From Magallana gigas (lineage: Eukaryota), in the NCBI RefSeq assembly GCF_963853765.1, contig NC_088860.1, positions 33,604,001 through 33,668,000 of the forward strand: DNA of 64,000 bases. Reading direction: 5' to 3'. How positions within the stretch are numbered: the first letter of the stretch is position 1; every line of letters begins with the position of its first letter. The notes below the pieces were generated by a model that saw only the letters and a program-made list of their open reading frames with translations, had not been told where the DNA came from and ran no database searches. Below are positions 55,808 to 64,000 of the stretch, in pieces. The position numbers and the translations under genes were made by a program.

Positions 55808-58800
55808 ATGAATAATTCGGGGGCAGCTGGACAGATGTCGGGATATGCACGGTTCCCAGGGCCTCCACATTCTGGCCATCACTTCTCACCCAGATTTACA
55901 CACAGAGGCCCACCCCCAAAACAACCCAATTTCTACATGCCACCCCACCAGTCATCCGTAAGACAGCAGGTATCATACTCTGATATGAACTTATTTAGCA
56001 ATGGCGCCAACAGACAGAATGCAAATTATGCCTATGGGAAGAACTTAAGCCATCCTAGACCAAACTTTAACTCTCCACCCCCTCGGCACCAGGTTTCTTA
56101 TGGAGATTCCAATATGTTTGCTTCTAATACCGGCCAACAATACATGTTTAATTCTCCACAAAACCCTCCTCCACCTCAGCTAAATCAGCAAAATGGAAAC
56201 CAGTGGCAACAAAATCATGGACATCAAAATGGGCAATGGAATAATCATTTCCAAAATGAAAGTACTAAAATGAATGGTAGTGTGAATTTTGCAGAAAATG
56301 GCTTCAATGGTATGAAAGCAACTCATAACAACAGAAAACCTTGGAATAACAATGTATGGAGTAATCTACCAAAAGATTTCAACAAGAAGCATGAACATTT
56401 CCCTAAAAAGGTCAGAATAACCCTGTACTTATAATAGACGATATTCAAAAATTGGAAAATATTTTCTTAATTTTAAGTTGAGAGTTTCATTATATCAGGA
56501 TCTAAGCATGGAACTTGGCTTTTAGTAAGATATAGCACAAATGCCCATTTGGTTTAGTCTTAAAATACAATTAAACATTTTCCTTTCCATTTAAATTTAT
56601 TTGATAATGTATAATACAAGTTTTCAAAAGCATAATTTCAAACTTTATGTTGTTTTGTATATTTCATGTTTCAACAAACCATATTAAGATAAAAATTATT
56701 GCCTTAAGTTTTGGTGGTTTTGAATCCACAACCATTGAAGTATGAAAGATAGATTTCTATGCATTGTGCAAAAAACTGTCACAGTGGAAATTTAGTTCTT
56801 TATTTTCTAATACAGAAGAAAAAGCCCAAAGTAGACAAGAGGGACCTAGCAGAAAACAATGTATATTTCTGTGAGACTTGTGACAGGGGATACAAAGCTC
56901 AGGACAAATACCAAGAGCATATTGACAGTCATGTCAAGGTCAGTTATTTATAGAAACACTAGTTCAGTTATATAATATGTCTGGGATTTTCCAACCATAA
57001 TCTATTTTTTTCTCTATATTTTCAAATTGGATTCAAACTTTTTTTTTCTGTTTTGTGATACAGTGCAGACATGAAGGATGTTCATACACTGCACACCCCA
57101 AACTGGTCCAGCTTCATGACAGAACGGTAAGTTATAAATAAAACAAAGTTTATCAATCACCATTGAGCACTACAGCAATTACAAAGATATGAAGTGGTTT
57201 GTACTGACACACTACTGTATACAGGGTTATTTTTGGCCCGTATAATTTTCACCCTTTTACACTTGCAAAAGGTTTCGCCCTGTCTGGAATTTGCCCAGAT
57301 GCAGTTATGTTAACAGAGATATTATATGTAATATAGAGTTTGCCCAGTCTTAAATTCGCCCTCTGACAACGAGGGCGAAAGGGGCGAAAATAAAACGGGA
57401 GCAAATATTTCCTTGTATACATTTTGTAGAACCATTTTAAGAAGAGCTTGGACTTTGGGTAGAAGGTGACATAGACCTCTCTACTTTATTCTTGGCCACT
57501 CAGCCATGGCTCTTTGAAATCAAACAACTTTGAGGTAAAACTACGCAATCTATGCACACTGTAAATTCCATATTTTACGCGATTACTTAATTCTGCAATT
57601 TTGTATCAAATTGCGATAATAAAAAAATTGCAGTCTTGAATTTTTTGTTGCAATTTCTTTTAGTTAAAACTGTCTGAAAAATAAAAGCGAGATTTTAAAA
57701 TCCGTGAGGGTTGCTTCTTGCGATTTTCCACAGATATTAATTCCCTGCGTTTAGGGAAGGAATAAGGATTCTACAGTATTTCACTTGAAATAGTATCATT
57801 TTTAACTTGTTTTGATCGATACAAGAAATAGATAGTTACGTCCTACCGAAAGTCTAAGGTCTTGTTAAAATGGTTCTAAGTGAATTGGATATTATATTTT
57901 TAGAATATTGCAATACACCTCAAATGTAATGAATCTGCAGCTTTTCAAATTGATATACATGTATGTGTTTCAAGATTTGAAATAATTTTTGGCATTAGGG
58001 AGTTACTGTGGGATCATTAAAATTCGTGGTGGTTCAATTTTTGTGGTATTCGTGGGTCGCCCTCCCCCACGAATTTACACCCTCAACGAATGCATAATTT
58101 AGAAAGAGTTATCTTTCTTACTGGAACTGAAAACCAACACATCAACGAAATTACATCCCCATGAATAAGCAAAAATCCCTCAATCCACAAAAATTGGCCC
58201 CCACGAATTTAAAGATTCCACAGTATGTTGTTACATAATTTACAAAGTATTGCTAAATGAACTTTAATACAGTACTTGTGGTTGATAATTTACATGTACA
58301 TTATCCAATACTCCTAACAATATTTGATTTGATTTCAATTTAAATTCTATCTAGCAACATTCTAGTGGACTTGCAACCAAGATATGGAAATTAGAATCTC
58401 CAGAAGACATTGCCAAATGGAGAGAAGAAAGGAAAAGGTATTGTTAAGTTCACACAGAATGCTATCTATTTTCACTGATAAAAAAAAATTACGAATTCTC
58501 AATGCATGTATGTAAAAAATGTTAGAAGAAAAGAATATTTTTTCCCCTATCTAACACAGTCTTTATTGTGATTTTTTTCCAGAAATTTTCCAACAGCTGA
58601 AACAGTCAAAAAAAAGAATGAGATCATACAGGAGAAGATAGCCAGGGGTGAAGTCATTGAGACGAAGACATTTGGGTAAGTGTTCAAATAGCCATCTTTA
58701 ATAGCCAAGGGTTGTCAGTCCACTCCGCTCCCCATTAGTTATTGGTAGTGGAATGGACCAAAAACCCTTGGGTAGCGAAAATGTCAATATGTCAATGTTT

Positions 58801-61011
58801 AGACTGACTAAGATTAAACTAGAAGTACATGTACTAGTATTAGTTATGATTAAAATAATTATTGAAGTACATGTGCAACTTCTCGCTTTGGTATTTTAGG
58901 AAAATGAGGAACAAAGGTGGAAAAAAGGATAAATTTGGAAAGTGGAAAAACAAGAGACAGAATAATAGGAATAATCGTGGAAGAAGGGAAGATGACTGTA
59001 CAGAAAGTCCTCCAAAAATTGGGGCACCATCCACAAAGGTACCATAATAAAGTAGTACATGTAATTATTCTATAAACCAACTTTCAATATACCCTTATCA
59101 GTGCAAAAATATTTTTAAAAAAATTGAGTCCAGCCTTGAATTTTTTTAATTATTTTATGCGGAGGATTAATCAAATTTATGAATGAATTGCAATATCATA
59201 CTCTCTTACACTGTTCATGTACATGCATGTACATTGTACTAGTAATAAACAAATATCATATGTGACACTATAGATAAACAAATATCCATTGACATTTACA
59301 TTGCATATATTATTGACATTGTAGGTCACTGACAAAGATAAAAGATTTGATGCGGACCCGCTGTCACTGCTCGAGGGGCTGGAGGAAACTGTCCCCGATG
59401 CTGACCAGGCTGTGTCAGCGGTAGGAGGACTAGCCACTCTGATGGCCAACTACAGTGACAGTGATGAGGAGAAACCCCCACAGACCAACAAACCGTCACA
59501 CACTGACATACCATCACAGAATGACACACTGTCAAGTCAGTCTAATACACAGTAGATTCCTTATTTTACACGAGTACCCGTTTCTGCAACTCTGCTGTTT
59601 TGCATGATTAAATCATTAGAATATTGCAGATTCCTAATTAAACTAGAGAAATTAATATCCACATTAAATTGTGTTAATCACATAACGCAAATTCTAAAAT
59701 CTTGCTTTTATTTTTCAGACATATGTTCACTACATGAAACTATGATAAAAATTTGGCATTCGCAATTTTATGTTCTCGCGATTTGATGGAAAACAGTTGA
59801 ATTGCAGAATTAGTATTAGCGGAAAATAAGGAATTTACTGTATTGAAAACTTTGGCTGTAATTTTGTGTTCCCAAATTAATATTATTCTATCCCCATGAT
59901 TTTTCGGCTTACGCAGAACATGTTTATTGGTTGAATACCGGTAATTTATGCTTTATATGTTTGAGTTTGTGTATTATATTAATTTTGTTTTTGATGCAAC
60001 TTTTCTCTCCAAACTCATTTCAAAAATTTTTTTGCAGATAAAGAAATCCAGTGTGTAGAAAATGGGGAAAATAATGGCACCGAACATGGAAACAAAAGGA
60101 AGAGAAAGAGACATAGGAAAAATGATGGCGACTTTAGCTCTCGACCTAAAGTCAGGAAGTCTACACTATTAGAGAAGGTAATCTTGATGTTTAATGAGAA
60201 GGCATGATATTAGAGTTCTTATCTGATCGGTTTGGGTAGAAGATATTGATCCATGTACTAATCAATATTTGTTGAATACCAATTTTCGTGGATTTCGTTT
60301 TTAAGTTGATCCATGAAATTAAATGTTCATTGAAATGCAATTTTTATTAACATTTTGTATTGATGGGGTCATTGGCCACAAATTTACATATCCTTGAAAC
60401 TGTGATTTTCACTTTATCCAATAGAATTGATACCCTTGAATATTAATGAAACCACAGTACTAGTTGAATCCCTGAGGGATATACCAGTAGAAATCAGTTC
60501 TTTAGTTGGGACTATAGAATATGTGTTAGCATAAAATAGAGGCCCATCCACTAAATGATTACCAGTATTTGTTTACTGCATTGATTATATGCAAATATCA
60601 TAAATGAGTACCGAACTAATTAAATGTTTGGTGTTAATGTTCTGTTGACTGGTTTATGTTTTCCTTCTCCAGCTTTTGGCACCAAATATAAGAAGAGAAA
60701 GAAACTTGGTACTGCAATGTGTATACCACATTGTCAAGGAGAACTTCTTCGGAGTCGGTAGTAAAAAGGAGGACAAGGAACCAAATCTCGAAGTGACATG
60801 TGATAGTGCGGAAGGTTGTGTGATCAAACCTGTGACTGATGGTGAAAGTTGTGTCCCTCCAGACTCTAGTAAATCTGAAGAGACATCAGAAGACAAGCTG
60901 AACTGTAAAGAACCAAACCACTTGGACATAAAAATTCAGAACGTGGTCGTTGATCCCCTGAAAACTGATTCCATCAAGGAGTGCGTAATCGATGACCATG
61001 CCTGGGCATGA
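55808..61011 (+). CDS. NUFIP1: Nuclear FMR1-interacting protein 1 (box C/D snoRNP assembly factor; 9 coding exons, 597 aa)
   Basis: Exons 55808-56410, 56816-56938, 57064-57126, 58355-58437, 58583-58675, 58900-59038, 59325-59535, 60038-60177 and 60673-61011. Motifs: tandem C2H2 FCETCDRGYK.QDKYQEHIDSH-KCRHEGCSYTAHPKLVQLH, ESPEDIAKWREERKRNFPT, GLATLMANYSDSDEE and LLEKLLAPNIRRERNLVLQCVYHIVKENFFG. Confidence 0.94.
58004..58225. mobile_element. MITE TACTGTGGGATC...GATTCCACAGTA; related copy ending ~60459
   Basis: TIRs with internal CCACGAA repeats. Confidence 0.8.
58702..58774. mobile_element. 73-bp fold-back element (TAGCCAAGGGTT...AACCCTTGGGTA); related hairpin at 46784-46838
   Basis: Inverted ends plus internal GTCCACTCCGCT/AGTGGAATGGAC complementarity. 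Confidence 0.7.
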
Positions 61012-61334
61012 ATTTTGATAGTTAATCACTCACTTATGACAAAATAAAAAATATATACTGGTAATTAGCTTATATTTAGTTATGTTTTTAGTTTAATTTT
61101 CTCTTTAATGCAAAATCCATCTTATCCATGATGCCCAAAAGGCAGGTACTTATTTTCTGTTTCTAGGGTTGATCCTTGACATGTTTCCTGGCCTATGCCT
61201 AGTCTGAAATATATGACATTTTCCTAGCTTCTTTAACAATTTATATATTTATCTTGCGGGAAAAACATGAAAAATGCATTATTTTTTAGAACTGTGTCTA
61301 GTCTTAAAAATTTGCATATCCTTTATCCATAAAG

Positions 61335-61847
61335 TACAGTACAGATCAGACATAATCTTAGACTAACAGAAAGCAGACCAGAACTAAACCTTGCCAATGG
61401 GTTTACTGTCGGGTTTTACTCCAAGCTTACTCGGGGTTTGCTAGGGCAGACCCAGTGTAAACCTGATTAAACCCAAAGTAAACACAGAGTATATACAAAC
61501 ATGTAGAGTGGACACAGAAAGTAAACCCCTGTATTAGAAGTAGACCCCTGAAAGCAGATGCTACATGTGTATTTGAAATATACACGGGTAGAGCAGGGCT
61601 TACAGATATTAAGATGGTAAAGATAAAAGACGAGTCTGCTTCACACTTAAGTGTGTAAATTGGACCACAAAAGCAAACCCAGAGTAAACTCCAAGTGGAC
61701 CCAAAGTAAACACCAAGTACTAGTAGTCGCAAATTTTTAAAAAGCATATCCCGAGTAATCCCAAAAAGTATAAACCACAAAAGTAAACCCGGGGTTTAGT
61801 TCCATGTGGTCTGCACTGGTGTTAGGTTGGGTCTGGTCGGTACAGTA
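61335..61847. mobile_element. ~510-bp MITE with AGTAAACCC/GGGTTTACT subterminal repeats
   Basis: Imperfect inverted termini TACAGTAC(A)GATCAGAC... and ...GTCTGGTCGGTACAGTA; homologous to 53493-53680. Confidence 0.75.
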
Positions 61848-62099
61848 CTGGTACATGTACTATATAAATATATGTATAAAGGCAAAAAAGAGAAGGAGGA
61901 GGAAATTAATATAGTATCTTAAAAACTGTCACCGAGTTCTACTTAAACCATTACCGGTACTTTTTACATGAACTTGATTTAAGGTCATTGCATATTCTAT
62001 CATGCAACATGCCTTTTTTTTTGTATGTTTAGTCTGAACAAGATATGGTCAAAGGGAGAAAAACTACAGTAAAAACTGAAATACAAAGGACTTGCAGTA

Positions 62100-62939
62100 C
62101 TATGACCTTCACCTGTTTCCCGGGGATAGGATGGGGCTAGGATGGGGGAATCAAAATGTACAAATCATGATAGCCCCCAGGGGTTTAGTGGGGCCACAAT
62201 GGGGGAGGGGTGGGGTGGATAAGTTTTACAATATAGAAATATATAGATAAAATCTTCTAAAAAACTAATATATTAGACTAAAAATGCTCAAATTGTGGAG
62301 ATCAAAGCATCATCAGATAGTGTACATTCAAGTTTGTTTAAATTACGGTCTCCGGGGTAAGGATGGGGCCACAATAGGAGATAATTTTTAACATTGGAAA
62401 ATATTTAGAGAAATATTTGAAAACTTCTTCTCAAAAACCATTTTGCCAGAGAAACTTAAATAATATTGTGTGGAACGAAGCATCTTCAGATAGTTTAAAT
62501 TTAGGTTTGTTCAAATCATAATGCCTGGAGTATGGTGGGGCCTGAATGGGGTAGGGGTTGTGTTGTTAAATTTTTACATGGGAAGAATGTAAAGAAAAAT
62601 TGTACAAAATCTTCTGGAAAAGCATTCAGCCAAAAAAGAGAAGTTGAAACTGGTGTGAAAACCGTCAGGTTGTGCAGATTGAAATTTGATCATGATTCCT
62701 GGAGAAATGTGATGCCACAAAGTGGGTGGGGGTGGGGGCTAAATAGGAATAATGAAAATTTAATCTAAAACAACAGGGGTTTGGTATGTGAATAAAAAAT
62801 CAGCAGATATTTTTAACTTTTTGTGTTAGATCTTCTGTAGTTAATTGATAAGATATTTGAATTGATACTATTATGCTCATTTAATCAGAGTTATGGCTAT
62901 TGTTGCACAGGTGAGTGATGTATCCCATGGGTCTCTTGT
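62100..62939 (-). mobile_element. Helitron-like non-autonomous element carrying ~170-180-bp oyster satellite-like (Cg170/HindIII-type) monomers
   Basis: Repeated AAGCATC.TCAGATAGT..A.ATTCAAGTTTGTT.AAAT...GGGGCCACAAT units (e.g. 62305, 62478, ~62658). The minus-strand start CAAGAGACCCATGGGATACATCACTCACCTG resembles recalled oyster HINE heads. Family name is from memory, not a database search. Confidence 0.7.
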
Positions 62940-63588
62940 CTTGGTGCTGTACATGTTTGTGAAACTTGTTCATACAGGGCAGGAAAAGAACAGTTTCTCA
63001 AAGCTGAAATTTATAATATTGCTGTAATTAAAAACTGTATACTTGATTGGAGATTAGTGATCCTTAAAAAAAGTGTGTGTCATATAAATATATAGGGAAA
63101 AGTTTGACTATAAATGGTAGTCATGTTACATTGAAACATTTATGTACAACCTATCTGCATATGTTTCAAACTTCGTACGATTTACTAAATATTTTCAAGC
63201 GTCTGGGATACATAGATTATTGGCGGGGAATCTGAGGAAATTCAGAATGTGACAGAGAAATGGTAAAGAGGAAGCAATCTGACAAGGGGTATACAAATTC
63301 TGACAATTTTTACTCGAAATATGATAGAGTTATTTACAAGTATTTCTTCCATTTCATGAAATGTGTAACCACAGAGGTGCAAAATCCAGAAGTAATGAAG
63401 TTGATAAGTCCAGTACAGCAGTGCAATTATTCAGCTACAGGTTGCTTGATATACCTTCATAGCTTTCTTGCCTTCTTGAAGTAGCTTGATTCAGCTACTC
63501 AATCATATATTTTTTTCTTATTTTAACATTTGTACAAAGAGTTGCTCTCAAGTGCAGCAATAATTGTCATTTTTGAGCTGATTTAAAA

Positions 63589-63706
63589 GGGCGCCTGTAA
63601 AGTGCGAAATGAAATCGAAACGAAACGAAACGAAACCAAAAATCGAAACAATTGGTTTCGTTTCGTTCGATTTCGTTTCGATTTCGTTTACACTTTACAG
63701 GCGCCC
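63589..63706. mobile_element. 118-bp palindromic MITE (GGGCGCCTGTAAAGTG TIRs) with (CGAAA)n / (TTTCG)n core
   Basis: Perfect 16-bp TIRs at 63589-63604 and 63691-63706. Confidence 0.85.
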
Positions 63707-64000
63707 GATTTAAAAACAATTCCTGGAAAAAAAATCACTTTTGAAATTATTGCTCTTTCAGCACAATTGCAGTCAAAGTTCTAGAAGTTTTGAATCTATG
63801 TTACAATGTAAACCTGTGACAAAAAACAGCTACTTCTTTAATGAAATAACAAAGAAGAACAGTTCTGATAAGTGCATGATTGGTAATAATTCAGCACAGT
63901 GTGAAACAGGGCACTTAGTATTTTTTTTTATTTGCCGTTGGACTAACGTGGGACTTGTTTTCTCCTTAGAACTTGTTTAAATTAGTATCAGCAACATCTT

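Noticed and set aside
63260-63980. Short ORFs at the right edge as a further gene
   Set aside because: No recognisable domains or consistent splice pattern; one ORF is just the palindromic (CGAAA)n MITE.

Overview
This is AT-rich, intron-rich eukaryotic DNA with one assembly gap (N-run at 3859-3991). Its repeats, including ~170-bp satellite monomers inside Helitron-like elements and many MITEs, point to a bivalve, most likely a Crassostrea/Magallana oyster (inference from recalled repeat families). I reconstructed seven protein-coding genes by hand from splice signals and reading-frame continuity. They are: a divergent AHR-like bHLH-PAS factor (+, first coding exon not found); AP5S1 nested antisense inside one of its introns; an intronless RING-B-box-coiled-coil-NHL TRIM (+); SRP72 (-, 20 exons, one a U12 minor intron); RAB28 (+); ANKRD42 (-); and NUFIP1 (+, head-to-head with ANKRD42). 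The first ~12 kb holds a decayed LINE, MITEs and unassigned coding-like islands. Introns and intergenic spaces carry a Harbinger remnant, TSD-flanked non-autonomous transposons, tRNA-derived SINE-like units, fold-back elements and tandem arrays, several of them at or across 5' splice sites. There is no prokaryotic-type system such as CRISPR. The most notable items are the atypical AHR paralogue with its nested housekeeping gene, and the repeated duplication of exon-end/splice-donor units.
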